A stretch of DNA of 64,000 nt from Verrucomicrobiales bacterium. GTDB taxonomy: Bacteria; Verrucomicrobiota; Verrucomicrobiia; Verrucomicrobiales; V1-33. Of this stretch, positions 36,927 through 47,419 are shown piece by piece; within the stretch, counting starts at the first letter, position 1; each line of letters opens with the position of its first letter. Both the position numbers and the translations under genes were made by a program. The DNA is taken from assembly GCA_031411295.1 (NCBI GenBank), contig JANOAV010000187.1, positions 32,001 through 96,000 of the forward strand. The letters are read 5' to 3'. The notes under the pieces are model-generated. The model saw only the letters and a program-made list of their open reading frames with translations. It was not told the DNA's origin and did not search any database.

Positions 36927-39572
36927 ATGAAAACGATTCTTTACACCACGCTTTGTTGCCTGCCCAGCCTGCTGCTGGGCGCGGAGCCACTGACGACCGA
37001 GCAGACGAATTTCTTCGAGAAGAAGATTCGGCCGGTCTTAATTGATAAATGTTACCGCTGCCACGGCCCCGACACCGAAAAGGCGAAGGGTGGCTTGCGG
37101 CTCGACACCCGTGAAGCAATGCGTAAGGGCGGAGACAATGGACCCGCGGTGGTGCCGGGCGATGTGGATGGCAGCCTGATCATCGAAGCCCTGCGCTATG
37201 CCAATGCGGATACCGCCATGCCACCTAAAAAATCCGGTGGCAAACTCCCAGACGCCGTGATCGCTGATTTCGAAACCTGGGTCAAGCTGGGCGCACCGGA
37301 TCCTCGGGAGCCAGCGGTGGCCGGAGCCGCGGAAAAGCCATCGAGCAAGACCTGGAGCGACTATGGCGAGGCCACAAAATGGTGGTCCTGGCAACTTCCT
37401 GTGAGCACACCACCGCCGACGAACAAGGACGCGAAGTGGGCTTGGGGCGCGGTGGACCACTACATTGCGGCCGGGTTGGAAAAGAAAGAATTGCAGCCGG
37501 TGGGTGATGCGGATGCCGCCACTTGGTTGCGTCGCGTTTACTTCGATCTCATCGGCCTGCCGCCGCGGCCGCAGGAAGTGGTGGATTTCGTGAAAGCTTG
37601 GGCGGCGGATCCTGCCAAAGCGCGCACGGAGGCCGTGGATAAGCTGTTGGCAACTTCGCAATATGGCGAACGCTGGGCCCGCCACTGGTTGGACGTGGCC
37701 CGCTATGCCGAGTCCAGTGGCAAGGACGTCAACATGATCTATAGTTCGGCATGGAGGTATCGGGATTATGTGATCGGAGCCTTCAATGCCGACAAGCCAT
37801 TCGATCGATTCCTCGCGGAGCAACTGGCAGGCGACTTACTGCCAGCCAAGGATTCCAAAGCGCGCGCCGAGCAGTTAATTGCCACAGGCTTTCTCGCCCT
37901 CGGCCCGAAATCACTCAACGAAATGAGCCCCGCCCAATACGCCTTGGATGTGGCCGATGAACAAATCGACACCGTTTCCCAAGCCTTCCTGGCTACCACC
38001 ATTGCGTGTGCGCGTTGCCACGATCATAAATTTGATCCCATTCCGCAGCGCGAATATTACGCTCTGGCCGGAATTTTCCTCAGCACCGATACCCGCTATG
38101 GCACGGCCGGCGGGGTGCAGAATCGACATGCCACGGACTTAATTGAGTTGCCGGTGGATTGCGGATTGCCAGCGGTGGGGAAGAAATTTACCCCTGTGGA
38201 ATTGAAGTCCAAGGAGGAAGAGTTGGCGAAGCTTAAAGTCGAGCGGGATGAAATGTTCCGTGACGCTTTCCAACAACGTCGGAACCCAGCTGAGAGTAAC
38301 AACGCCCAGGACCAATTGCGGAGGCTGGCGCTGATTGCGCGCACCGGACTGCTGGAGGCGGAACTCAAGACGTATGATGCGGCAGGAAACAACAAGTTGC
38401 TCTGCATGGGCGTGCTGGATGAGCCCGCCGAACGCAAGCTGGGCGATGGTTTGGGAGATTTTGTAAAACGCCGGATTCAGGAACGGATCTCGCGTCCTGC
38501 GCAGTTTTCACAGGTGGCCGACAGCCCGCTGTATATTCGCGGAGATGTGACCAAGCCGACCGGCACCGTGCCCCGAGGATTTGTTAGCGTCCTTAGCAAA
38601 GGGGAGGCTCCCAGCATCAAACCCAAGACCAGCGGTCGTCTGGAATTGGCCGAGTGGATGGTCTCGCCTGGCAATCCACTGACCGCCAGAGTGATGGTGA
38701 ATCGCGTGTGGCATTGGATGTTCGGACGCGGCTTGGTGCCCACCGTGGATAACTTCGGCACCACCGGAGAACCGCCGGCAAACTTGGCGTTGCTGGATCA
38801 TCTGGCGCTGCATTTCTCCAAAGATCTGAAGTGGAGTGTGAAGGCGTTAGTGCGCGAACTGGCCTTGAGCCATACGTATGCGTTGGGTTCGACTTACGAT
38901 GATCATGCCTTCCATGTGGATCCGGAAAATGCGCTCTGCTGGCGCGTCACGCCACGTCGGTTGGAGGCGGAATGCATTCGCGATGCCATCCTCACGGTGA
39001 GCAGCGCCTTGGATCTGCGTCCTCCAGCGGGATCCGGTGCCGCCTACTATGGCGAAGCCCAGATTGGTGGGCCGCGCGCTCGGGTGGTGGCGGAATCCGG
39101 GTTGTCGAATCCGGTGGGAAACTATCGGTCCGTCTATCTTCCCGCCGCCCGTGAAGCCTTACCGGAAGCGATGGATGTCTTCGATGCTCCGGATGGAAAT
39201 TTGGTCGTCGGCAAGCGCGAATCCACCAATACGCCCAGCCAAGCGCTGTTCCTCATGAACAGTCCGTTCGTGGCGGAACAAGCGGAGAAATTTGCCGAGA
39301 AACTGCTCACCGCCATCCCCAGCAGCGGACCAAATGCGGGCGCAGGCGACAAGTTAGCCGAGCGCGTCCGTTGGGCCTACGGACTCTGTTTCAGTCGCTG
39401 GCCCACCGAGGGCGAAATCTATGCCGCCCAAGCGTTCTTCAGTCGCTTCCCCGCCGACAGCATCAACGATGCTCCCAGCAGCAAACTGAAAGACGAGAAA
39501 GCGCTGAAAGCCGCCTGGGTCAGCTTCTGTCGCGCACTCTACGGCAGTGCCGAGTTCCGCCAACTCAACTAA
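36927..39572 (+). CDS. Planctomycete cytochrome c / DUF1549-DUF1553 (PSD1) protein
   Basis: CYRCH, YGERWARHWLDVARYAES, CARCHDHKFDP, NPLTARVMVNRVW. Confidence 0.9.
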   Translation: MKTILYTTLCCLPSLLLGAEPLTTEQTNFFEKKIRPVLIDKCYRCHGPDTEKAKGGLRLDTREAMRKGGDNGPAVVPGDVDGSLIIEALRYANADTAMPPKKSGGKLPDAVIADFETWVKLGAPDPREPAVAGAAEKPSSKTWSDYGEATKWWSWQLPVSTPPPTNKDAKWAWGAVDHYIAAGLEKKELQPVGDADAATWLRRVYFDLIGLPPRPQEVVDFVKAWAADPAKARTEAVDKLLATSQYGERWARHWLDVARYAESSGKDVNMIYSSAWRYRDYVIGAFNADKPFDRFLAEQLAGDLLPAKDSKARAEQLIATGFLALGPKSLNEMSPAQYALDVADEQIDTVSQAFLATTIACARCHDHKFDPIPQREYYALAGIFLSTDTRYGTAGGVQNRHATDLIELPVDCGLPAVGKKFTPVELKSKEEELAKLKVERDEMFRDAFQQRRNPAESNNAQDQLRRLALIARTGLLEAELKTYDAAGNNKLLCMGVLDEPAERKLGDGLGDFVKRRIQERISRPAQFSQVADSPLYIRGDVTKPTGTVPRGFVSVLSKGEAPSIKPKTSGRLELAEWMVSPGNPLTARVMVNRVWHWMFGRGLVPTVDNFGTTGEPPANLALLDHLALHFSKDLKWSVKALVRELALSHTYALGSTYDDHAFHVDPENALCWRVTPRRLEAECIRDAILTVSSALDLRPPAGSGAAYYGEAQIGGPRARVVAESGLSNPVGNYRSVYLPAAREALPEAMDVFDAPDGNLVVGKRESTNTPSQALFLMNSPFVAEQAEKFAEKLLTAIPSSGPNAGAGDKLAERVRWAYGLCFSRWPTEGEIYAAQAFFSRFPADSINDAPSSKLKDEKALKAAWVSFCRALYGSAEFRQLN

Positions 39573-39621
39573 CCAGCCTCATTTTCTAACTTCCCTTACT
39601 AACTTACTCCCTGCTCCAGCC

Positions 39622-41004
39622 ATGAACTCCTGCGGAAATATTACCCCACTCCTCAATCGTCGCTCTCTGCTCCAAGGCATTGCCAACGGCTTCGGTTGGT
39701 TGGCCTTCAGTGGCCTGACTGGTCGCTCGCTGGCAGCAAATGCCACCGGACCACTGGCACCAAAGCCCACGCATTTCCCCGCCCGGGCGAAGCGGGTGAT
39801 CTTCCTTTGCATGACCGGTGGGCCATCGCATGTGGACACCTTCGATTACAAACCGAAGCTCACCGCCGACAGCGGTAACGCTGGGAAACGGCCTGGCACC
39901 AAGCTGCTGGGCTCCCAGTGGAAATTTTCCCAACACGGCAAGAGCGGCCTTTACCTCTCGGAATTGTTTCCCACCTTAGCCAAACACGCCGATGAACTTT
40001 GCCTGCTGCGGTCCATGCAAACGAACCTGCCAGCCCACCCGCAAGCGTTTCTAAACCTGCACACCGGTTCCTCGCAATTCGTGCGACCCTCGTTGGGCGC
40101 GTGGTCGCTTTACGGCCTGGGCACCGCCAACGAGAACCTGCCAGGCTTCGTGACCATTTCTCCCAGCACCTCGAATGGGGGTGCCCAGAATTACGGCAGC
40201 TCGTTCCTGCCCGCCATTTATCAAGGCACCCGCATCGGCAGTAATGCGCGCAGCATTGCCAATGCGCGGGTGGCTAATCTGGAACCCAGTGTAAACCAGG
40301 CTGCGCAGCGCACGGAGTTGGAACTGCTGCAATCCCTCAATGCTCAGAAATTGAAGAAGGACATGGTGAATCCAGAAGTGGAAGGCGTCATTCAAAGCTA
40401 TGAATTGGCGTTTAAAATGCAGTCGGAAATGCCGTCTGTCATGGATGTGGAAAAGGAAACGGCTGCCACTAAGAAGCTTTACGGCTTGGACAATAACCGC
40501 ACGGCAGAGTTCGGCCGCAAGTGTCTGCTGGCCCGACGCATGGTGGAGAAAGGCGTGCGCTTCGTGGAAATTAATCACGGCAACTGGGATCAACATTTCA
40601 ATCTCGGCACCGCGCTGGCCAACAACTGCAATGAAATCGATCTACCAATCGCAGGTCTGCTAACGGATCTGCAACAACGCGGTATGCTCAAGGATACCCT
40701 CGTAATCTGGGGCGGAGAGTTCGGCCGCACACCGCATGCGCAGGGCGGAGACGGGCGGGATCATAACAACAAAGGATTCACCATGTGGATGGCCGGGGGC
40801 GGCGTGAAGGGCGGCTACAGCTATGGTGCCACCGATGACTACGGCTACGAAGCGGTGGACAAACCCATGCCCATCCACGACTGGCACGCCACGGTCCTGG
40901 CGTTGTTAGGCTTGGATCATGAGCAACTGACATTCCCCTACGCAGGACGAGATTTCCGTCTCACGGATACCAAAGGAACCGTGGCGAAGGAGATCTTGGC
41001 GTAA
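39622..41004 (+). CDS. DUF1501 domain protein (Tat-exported)
   Basis: RRSLL signal, GGPSHVDTFDYKP, GEFGRTP and GRDH. Typical partner of DUF1553 genes. Confidence 0.9.
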   Translation: MNSCGNITPLLNRRSLLQGIANGFGWLAFSGLTGRSLAANATGPLAPKPTHFPARAKRVIFLCMTGGPSHVDTFDYKPKLTADSGNAGKRPGTKLLGSQWKFSQHGKSGLYLSELFPTLAKHADELCLLRSMQTNLPAHPQAFLNLHTGSSQFVRPSLGAWSLYGLGTANENLPGFVTISPSTSNGGAQNYGSSFLPAIYQGTRIGSNARSIANARVANLEPSVNQAAQRTELELLQSLNAQKLKKDMVNPEVEGVIQSYELAFKMQSEMPSVMDVEKETAATKKLYGLDNNRTAEFGRKCLLARRMVEKGVRFVEINHGNWDQHFNLGTALANNCNEIDLPIAGLLTDLQQRGMLKDTLVIWGGEFGRTPHAQGGDGRDHNNKGFTMWMAGGGVKGGYSYGATDDYGYEAVDKPMPIHDWHATVLALLGLDHEQLTFPYAGRDFRLTDTKGTVAKEILA

Positions 41005-41061
41005 GCGGCCCCTCGACAGTCCACACTTGCACAGCCTGCTCGCTGCGTCATGCTTGCCGCC

Positions 41062-41916
41062 ATGAAGCCGCTTGATCCCGCCACCGTTCCCTTGATCCAA
41101 CTCGCCCTCGCTGAAGATGTGGGAGTGGGTGATGTCACTGCGCAATATTTTACACCAGCCACCGCTCGGACACGTGCGCGAATTTTCGCGAAGGAAGCGG
41201 GAGTTCTGGCAGGAGTGGCGGTCGCCCAAGAGGTCTTTGAGCGGGTCGATGCAGGCCTGGCCATCAAACTGCTCAAACAGGATGGAGCGGCACTCAAGGT
41301 GGGGGACACGGTCATGGAGATTTCCGGCTCGACCCGTTCCATCCTGACGGCTGAGCGCACGGCGTTAAATTTCCTGCAACGTCTGTCTGGAGTCGCGTCA
41401 CAAACACAGCGCTACGTCCAAGCGCTAGGAGTTACCAAATGTCGGCTGTTAGACACCCGAAAGACCACGCCAGGTTGGCGGTTGCTGGAGAAAGCGGCGG
41501 TGAAGGCTGGGGGCGGCACGAACCACCGCATCGGCCTGTATGACATGGCGATGGTGAAGGATAATCATTTGCTGGCGGAGGCCGGTTTGCCCGCCTTGCA
41601 GCATGCCATTGATGCCCTGCATCGGGATCACCCTAACATGCGTGTCGAGTTGGAAGCGGACCGCATTTCTCAAGTGGAAGGGTTCCTCACGCTGCGGGGC
41701 GTTAGTGTGATCCTGTTGGATAACATGTCCCTGGAAGAAATGGGCCGCTGTGTCGCGCTGGTGGATGGCCGGGTGCAATTGGAGGCTAGCGGCGGAGTCA
41801 CTTTGGAGCGCCTACCTCAGATTGCGGCCACTGGCGTGGACTTCATTTCCTGCGGGGCGCTGACGCACTCAGCCAAGGCCTTGGATTTGTCATTGGAATT
41901 GCTCGGGGACGCCTAA
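41062..41916 (+). CDS. nadC: Nicotinate-nucleotide pyrophosphorylase (carboxylating)
   Basis: DTRKTTPG, HRIGLYD, KDNH, LLDN, EASGG. Alternative start at 41050. Confidence 0.95.
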   Translation: MKPLDPATVPLIQLALAEDVGVGDVTAQYFTPATARTRARIFAKEAGVLAGVAVAQEVFERVDAGLAIKLLKQDGAALKVGDTVMEISGSTRSILTAERTALNFLQRLSGVASQTQRYVQALGVTKCRLLDTRKTTPGWRLLEKAAVKAGGGTNHRIGLYDMAMVKDNHLLAEAGLPALQHAIDALHRDHPNMRVELEADRISQVEGFLTLRGVSVILLDNMSLEEMGRCVALVDGRVQLEASGGVTLERLPQIAATGVDFISCGALTHSAKALDLSLELLGDA

Positions 41917-41975
41917 AACTCATTCCTCCCCTTGCCCCTTGCGTTGGGGCCATTTTTGCTTCAGGTGCCCTGCCT

Positions 41976-43226
41976 ATGAAGATACTCGTTGTTGGCAAAG
42001 GTGGTCGGGAACACGCGTTGATTACAGCCTTGGCGGCATCGCCTCAGGCTACGGAGATCTATGCATTTCCCGGGAGCGATGCGATTTTCGCGCTCGCGCA
42101 GCGGACCACGGCCACGGATCTGGACTCGCTGATCGATTTCATGAAGGCGCAGGAAATTGAGCTGTGTGTGGCAGGCGAGGAAAGCTACCTAGTCACCGGC
42201 ATCGGCCTGGCCAATGCGTGCGAAGTCGCTGGCATTCCCTGCTGGGGGCCGCCTAAAGCGAGTGCGCAGTTGGAAGCCAGCAAGGAGTTCGCCAAGCAAT
42301 TCCTGGTGCGCCATCAGATCCCCACTGCACGCTATGTGGCCGTCGAATCCTACGACGAGGGCGTGGCCGCCCTGACTGAATTTCCCATCGTGCTCAAGTT
42401 CGATGGTTTGGCCGCCGGCAAGGGCGTGGCCGTGTGTGCTAACCGGGAGGAGGCCCTGGAGTTCCTGGATACCATTTTCGTGAAAAAGTCTTTCGGGCCG
42501 GGTCGGTTAGTGGTGGAACAATGTTTAGTGGGACCGGAACTGAGCGTCTTCGCCTCCATCGTGGACGATCAATACCACATCCTCTGTCCCGCACGTGACT
42601 ACAAACGAATCTTTGATGCTGACGGGGGGCCGAACACCGGTGGCATGGGCGCGGTGGCCAGCTTGGAGATCGTGTCACCGGAAATGTTGGCAACCATCGA
42701 GCGAACGATCGTCCAGCCCACGGTAGCCGGCCTGCGCCAGGACGGTCTGCGCTACCGGGGGTTCCTCTATTTCGGACTCATGCTCACGGCGGACGGACCG
42801 AAAATCATTGAATATAACTGCCGGTTTGGCGATCCTGAATGTGAAGCGGTCATGCCCTTGGTGAGTGGAGATTTCGCCCAGTATTGCTTGGATGGAGCCC
42901 GGGGCACGCTGCGTCCAGAGTTGTTGACCTTTGCCGGAGGCTGGAGCATCTGTCTCATTCTGGCGTCCGCTGGCTACCCTGCGACTAGTCGCAGTGGCGA
43001 TGTCATTTCCGGCTTGGACTCGACTGCTGGAGTGCGCGTCTATCACTGTGGCACCCGCAAGAATGCGGCAGGAAACTTCGAAACCAACGGCGGTCGAGTC
43101 TTGGCAGTGGTCGCCCAAGCGCCTACCCGTCAACGGGCACGCGAGCAAGTCTATGCCGAGGCCAGCAAAATCGACTTCCCCGGTTCCCAAAGACGCTCCG
43201 ACATCGGAGAACGGAACTTTACCTAA
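41976..43226 (+). CDS. purD: Phosphoribosylamine-glycine ligase
   Basis: GGREHA, DGLAAGKGV, GPNTGGMG, EYNCRFGDPE. Confidence 0.96.
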   Translation: MKILVVGKGGREHALITALAASPQATEIYAFPGSDAIFALAQRTTATDLDSLIDFMKAQEIELCVAGEESYLVTGIGLANACEVAGIPCWGPPKASAQLEASKEFAKQFLVRHQIPTARYVAVESYDEGVAALTEFPIVLKFDGLAAGKGVAVCANREEALEFLDTIFVKKSFGPGRLVVEQCLVGPELSVFASIVDDQYHILCPARDYKRIFDADGGPNTGGMGAVASLEIVSPEMLATIERTIVQPTVAGLRQDGLRYRGFLYFGLMLTADGPKIIEYNCRFGDPECEAVMPLVSGDFAQYCLDGARGTLRPELLTFAGGWSICLILASAGYPATSRSGDVISGLDSTAGVRVYHCGTRKNAAGNFETNGGRVLAVVAQAPTRQRAREQVYAEASKIDFPGSQRRSDIGERNFT

Positions 43227-43242
43227 CTAAAGTCAGGAAGGA

Positions 43243-45597
43243 TCACGAGCGCTTCCGATGGGTAAAGGGAAGGCTCTTGGCCACTCCGAGGATGAGGCTG
43301 GAGAGTCGATAATCCGGAGCTGCGTCTGCCAAAATTTTCCGCACGGCCGGGGCATCACTGAACTCCAAGCCCCGACCCAGCGCGTAGGTTAGGAGCTTTT
43401 CCGTCACGGTGCGGGCAAACAGTTCCGGCCGCTGCAGCAAGCCGTGTTCCAGGCCGGAGATGCCTTGGAAGACTTGGCCATCAGGCAATCCACCGGACGC
43501 ATCGACCGGGCCTTCGCCTTCAAGGGAGCGCCAGCGGCCCGTTGCATCATAATTCTCCAACGAGAAACCCACCGGGTCCATGAGGTTGTGACACACTGCG
43601 CAACTCTGCTTCTCCCGATGCACTGCCAGGCGCTGTCGCATCGGCAGAGTGGAATCCACCACGGCATCGTCCAGCGCGGGGATGTTGGGCGGTGGCGGCG
43701 GGGTGGGGGTTCCTAAAATGTTATCGAGAATCCAATTGCCACGGATCACGGGAGAGGTGCGATTGGCATAGGAGGTCACCGTGAGAATGCTGCCCTGCCG
43801 CAGCAATCCGCCCCGATGATCCTGCTCGGTTAGGTGAACGCGGCGGAAGCGGCTGCCCTGCACCTGCGGGATGCCGTAATGTTTGGCGAGCCGCTCGTTA
43901 AGGAACGTGTAGTCCGCCTGGAGCAAGTCCACCACGCTGCGATCCTCGCGAAAGATGCTTTCGAAGAACAGTTCCGTTTCCTGACGAAAGGCTTGGCGGA
44001 GGTTGTCATCGAAATCAGGGAACAGCCGCAGGTCGGGCGCCACCGATTGCAGATTGCGCAGTTGCAGCCATTGGTTGGCGAAGTTTGTCACAAGCGCGCT
44101 GGCCTTGGGATCGGCTAACATGCGCTGCACTTCCTGGGAGAGCACGGCGGGGTCCGTCAACTTCCCGGTCGTGGCTTGCGATCGCAGTTCCTCGTCCGGC
44201 AGACTGCTCCAGAGAAAGAACGAGAGTCGCGAAGCCAGAGTCACATCATCCAAGCGATAAACGGTTCCTGCGGCCAAATCTGGAGGATCCTGCTCGATGC
44301 GGAAGAGGAATTGAGGACTGACAAGAATGGCGCTTAGCGCGTTGGTGATACCATCCGCAAAATTTCCTGCGGCTCGCCCGTCCCGATAAAATGCCATGGG
44401 TCCAGCCATGTCATCGGCGGCCACGGGCCGACGGTAAGCACGTTCCAACAACTGGCGAATGATGCTCTCCGCACAGGCGGTTTCCTCGTCAGGGTTGGCG
44501 GGCTGCTTGATGAAGATCCGCGCCTGGCTGGCGGTTGGGGTGCCGGAGGGGTGCACCGAGAATGGGCCGGACAGGGAAACTTGATACACCGCCGGAGCCT
44601 GACGCGGATGACGGTGGAGATTGAACGCCGCATCATAGGGCTTTTGCTTGGTTTCGCGGAGCGCAGAGGATTTCCTGACAAAGGTCACGCCGATTGCATG
44701 GGCCCCTTCTGGAACATGGATCCTAGCCTTTAAGTCGGCATCCACCTTCGTGTCATCCTTGCCTTTGGCTGGCTTGACGGTGAACTCGGCGCGCTGGTTG
44801 CCATCGATGAGCACTACCAATTGGTGCGGTTCCCTCAGGCCTTCCACTTCTTCATTCCGATCCCGCGTTAGGCGCACTTCGATTTCATAATCACCCGCCA
44901 CGGGAAACGTATGTTCCACCAAAATCCCACCGCGCGTTCCCAAGGGCAAACCCTCCACCTGCTCCTCCTGCGTGCGATCTGGTGGCACCCGCACGACCTT
45001 CACTTGCGCGCTCTGATCGCCACCCACAGCCAGCTGACTAATCTTCTCTGCGGCACTGAGATACCGATTCAACAACGTGGGGGAAAGGCTGCCGACGGTA
45101 ATGTTATCGAAACCGTGGCTGGATTCATCCTTGGGCAGCAACTCCGTCACGTCCACGTCCAGCGAGAGTAAATCCCGGATGGCATGATGGTATTCCGTGC
45201 GGGTTAAGCGACGCATGGCGGGAACCTTGCCGGGTTCGGGAGATTTCACCGCCAGGGTATCCAACGCGGTCGTTAGTCCCGCCAACTGCGCCAAATACTC
45301 CGCTTCCTGCGGGCGAACTTTCTCCGCCATCGGCGGCATTTGCCGGGCCCCGAGCCGTCGGGCCACCTGCTCCCAGACCGCCGGACGATCCGCGAGTTCC
45401 CGGCCTTTCAGCGCCTCTAAATTCAGCCCGCCCCGCTCCGAAGCGGCATCATGGCACTGCATGCAGTAATGGTCGAGGAACTCTGGAAGAGATTTCTGCG
45501 GCTCTGCGGCCAGCGGTCTGCCTGACCACAACAAGATGCAGGTTAGGATCATCCCCCAACCATCGGTTCTCCTGCGGTAAAAGCGCTGTGGCAACAT
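43243..45597 (-). CDS. DUF1592/DUF1588-type cytochrome c domain protein
   Basis: CMQCH, RRLTRTEY, LASRLSFFLWSS, RTSPVIRG, CAVCH. Start uncertain. Confidence 0.88.
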   Translation of the reverse strand: MLPQRFYRRRTDGWGMILTCILLWSGRPLAAEPQKSLPEFLDHYCMQCHDAASERGGLNLEALKGRELADRPAVWEQVARRLGARQMPPMAEKVRPQEAEYLAQLAGLTTALDTLAVKSPEPGKVPAMRRLTRTEYHHAIRDLLSLDVDVTELLPKDESSHGFDNITVGSLSPTLLNRYLSAAEKISQLAVGGDQSAQVKVVRVPPDRTQEEQVEGLPLGTRGGILVEHTFPVAGDYEIEVRLTRDRNEEVEGLREPHQLVVLIDGNQRAEFTVKPAKGKDDTKVDADLKARIHVPEGAHAIGVTFVRKSSALRETKQKPYDAAFNLHRHPRQAPAVYQVSLSGPFSVHPSGTPTASQARIFIKQPANPDEETACAESIIRQLLERAYRRPVAADDMAGPMAFYRDGRAAGNFADGITNALSAILVSPQFLFRIEQDPPDLAAGTVYRLDDVTLASRLSFFLWSSLPDEELRSQATTGKLTDPAVLSQEVQRMLADPKASALVTNFANQWLQLRNLQSVAPDLRLFPDFDDNLRQAFRQETELFFESIFREDRSVVDLLQADYTFLNERLAKHYGIPQVQGSRFRRVHLTEQDHRGGLLRQGSILTVTSYANRTSPVIRGNWILDNILGTPTPPPPPNIPALDDAVVDSTLPMRQRLAVHREKQSCAVCHNLMDPVGFSLENYDATGRWRSLEGEGPVDASGGLPDGQVFQGISGLEHGLLQRPELFARTVTEKLLTYALGRGLEFSDAPAVRKILADAAPDYRLSSLILGVAKSLPFTHRKRS

Positions 45598-45694
45598 CGT
45601 AGCCGATTTCACGATGGATCCCCCTGTCCCGCAATCCCTTTTTAGCGGGTAAATTTGCCTGGGAGTGGCGCAAGTCTCTCCGCCATGGCATCTA

Positions 45695-46633
45695 TTACTC
45701 AACAAACAGCAAGCCCGCCCGCCGGCGCGCCCAACGCCCACCGGGGAGATTACATTTGGCAATGGCAGCGGTGGACGGAGCGATGGCCCGCACTTGTTCG
45801 ATGAGTTCCAAGCTGATCAATGGCACTTGGTGATACTGCAGCCAGGCTTGCACGGCTCTGCGTTGAATGGCGATGGGAACTGCCAGCAGGGCAGTGGTGG
45901 ATAGCGTGGTTGCCGAGGGAAACCGTTGTGCAGTGTATTCAGCCAGGAAATCCTCTTCTGCTTGAGCCACCTGCGCCAAGCGACCTAACGATGGTTGGAC
46001 ATTGCGCTGCATCATGGCGCTGGCAGAGGGCAGGAGTTCGTGCCGCAGGCGGTTCCTTAGGTAGTCGGAGGAAGTATTGCTGGCGTCTTCCTGAAATTTC
46101 ACGCCATGGAAGGTCGCATATTCCCGCAGCGCTTCGCGCGGACAATCAAGCAGGGGGCGGATGATTTCCAATCCCCCACCAAGACTGGTGCGGAATCTCA
46201 TACCCCCCAGACCGCGCAGGCCACTACCGCGCAGGACATTCATGAGCACGGTCTCGGCTTGATCATCGGCGTGATGCCCAAGGAAGATCTCACTGCAATC
46301 GGTCTGCTGGGCGCATCGCTGGAAAAATGCCTGACGGGCTTGGCGTCCGGCGGTTTCCAAGGAAATTTTATCCGTGCCGGCTTGGGCGCGGACATCGCAG
46401 GACTCGATGATCGCTGCGTAGCCTAACGTGGCAGCTGTTGCCTGCACTAGGGAGGCATCAGCCTGGGCTTCCGCCCGCAACTGATGATCCAAATGACAGA
46501 CGACGAGGTCCTTGAAATCCAATTGGTGTAGCGCATGCAGCAGAGCCATCGAATCACACCCGCCAGACACAGCGACGAGATATTTCCGCGTGGGCGGAAA
46601 ATCAGCGAGCGTGGTGGCTACTAAGGAAAGCAT
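45695..46633 (-). CDS. tilS: tRNA(Ile)-lysidine synthetase
   Basis: AVSGGCDS PP-loop, HHADDQAET, RPLL, RNRLRH. Confidence 0.93.
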   Translation of the reverse strand: MLSLVATTLADFPPTRKYLVAVSGGCDSMALLHALHQLDFKDLVVCHLDHQLRAEAQADASLVQATAATLGYAAIIESCDVRAQAGTDKISLETAGRQARQAFFQRCAQQTDCSEIFLGHHADDQAETVLMNVLRGSGLRGLGGMRFRTSLGGGLEIIRPLLDCPREALREYATFHGVKFQEDASNTSSDYLRNRLRHELLPSASAMMQRNVQPSLGRLAQVAQAEEDFLAEYTAQRFPSATTLSTTALLAVPIAIQRRAVQAWLQYHQVPLISLELIEQVRAIAPSTAAIAKCNLPGGRWARRRAGLLFVE

Positions 46634-46681
46634 GGGGAAGTCTGGTTGCACGAAGCTGGGTTCTACGCCAGCACTTCCTGC

Positions 46682-47356
46682 ATGTCACCTCAACATCATC
46701 AAGGCTCCTGGTTCGAGCTGCAAGCATGGCTTCATTCGAGATCGTGCGTGCAGGCAGTGATCTGCGACATCTACGGAACGCTGCTGAAGGTGAGTCCACC
46801 GTCTGGAAAGAGCAGCCATCTCTTGGACTACTGGTGCGGACAACCCGGGGGCACGCCGCAGAATTTATTAAACGGACGGCTGGCCGACTGGGTGGCAGTG
46901 GAACATGCGGAGAGTTCCCAAGCCTTTCCCGAGGTCGATTGGGTGGCGTTGTTTGGGAAATGTTTTCCGTCCGTGACGACTCGATCATTGCTAGCGCGCT
47001 TGGCCCGGCACCACGCGAGGCAGCAGCGCAGTTGCGAATTGGCTCCGGGTGCGGTGGAGTTCCTGACGACATGCGCCCTGCCAATCGGGCTCTGTTCCAA
47101 CGCCCAAGCCTATACACTGATGGAGTTGCGCTTGGCGCTGCGGGAAGCGCAGTTGTCGTTGGCGCGTTTTGATTTCAGCAGGTCGTTTTTTTCCTATCAG
47201 GAAGGTATTGGCAAACCGCACCCGGAAATTTTCCCGAGGCTGAGGGACCGCTGGGAACTTCCCTCCGAGTCGCTGCTTATGGTGGGAGATCGTTTCGATA
47301 ACGACATTCAACCAGCCATGCAAGCTGGGTGGAATACCTGGCAGATCACCGTGTAA
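46682..47356 (+). CDS. HAD-superfamily hydrolase
   Basis: DIYGTL, SN, KP, VGDRFDND. Confidence 0.8.
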   Translation: MSPQHHQGSWFELQAWLHSRSCVQAVICDIYGTLLKVSPPSGKSSHLLDYWCGQPGGTPQNLLNGRLADWVAVEHAESSQAFPEVDWVALFGKCFPSVTTRSLLARLARHHARQQRSCELAPGAVEFLTTCALPIGLCSNAQAYTLMELRLALREAQLSLARFDFSRSFFSYQEGIGKPHPEIFPRLRDRWELPSESLLMVGDRFDNDIQPAMQAGWNTWQITV

Positions 47357-47419
47357 GGCTTCCGCGCTTTCGTGTTCGTGCGAAGATGCCATCCGCTGAC
47401 TCTTCCGGCATACAGCAGC

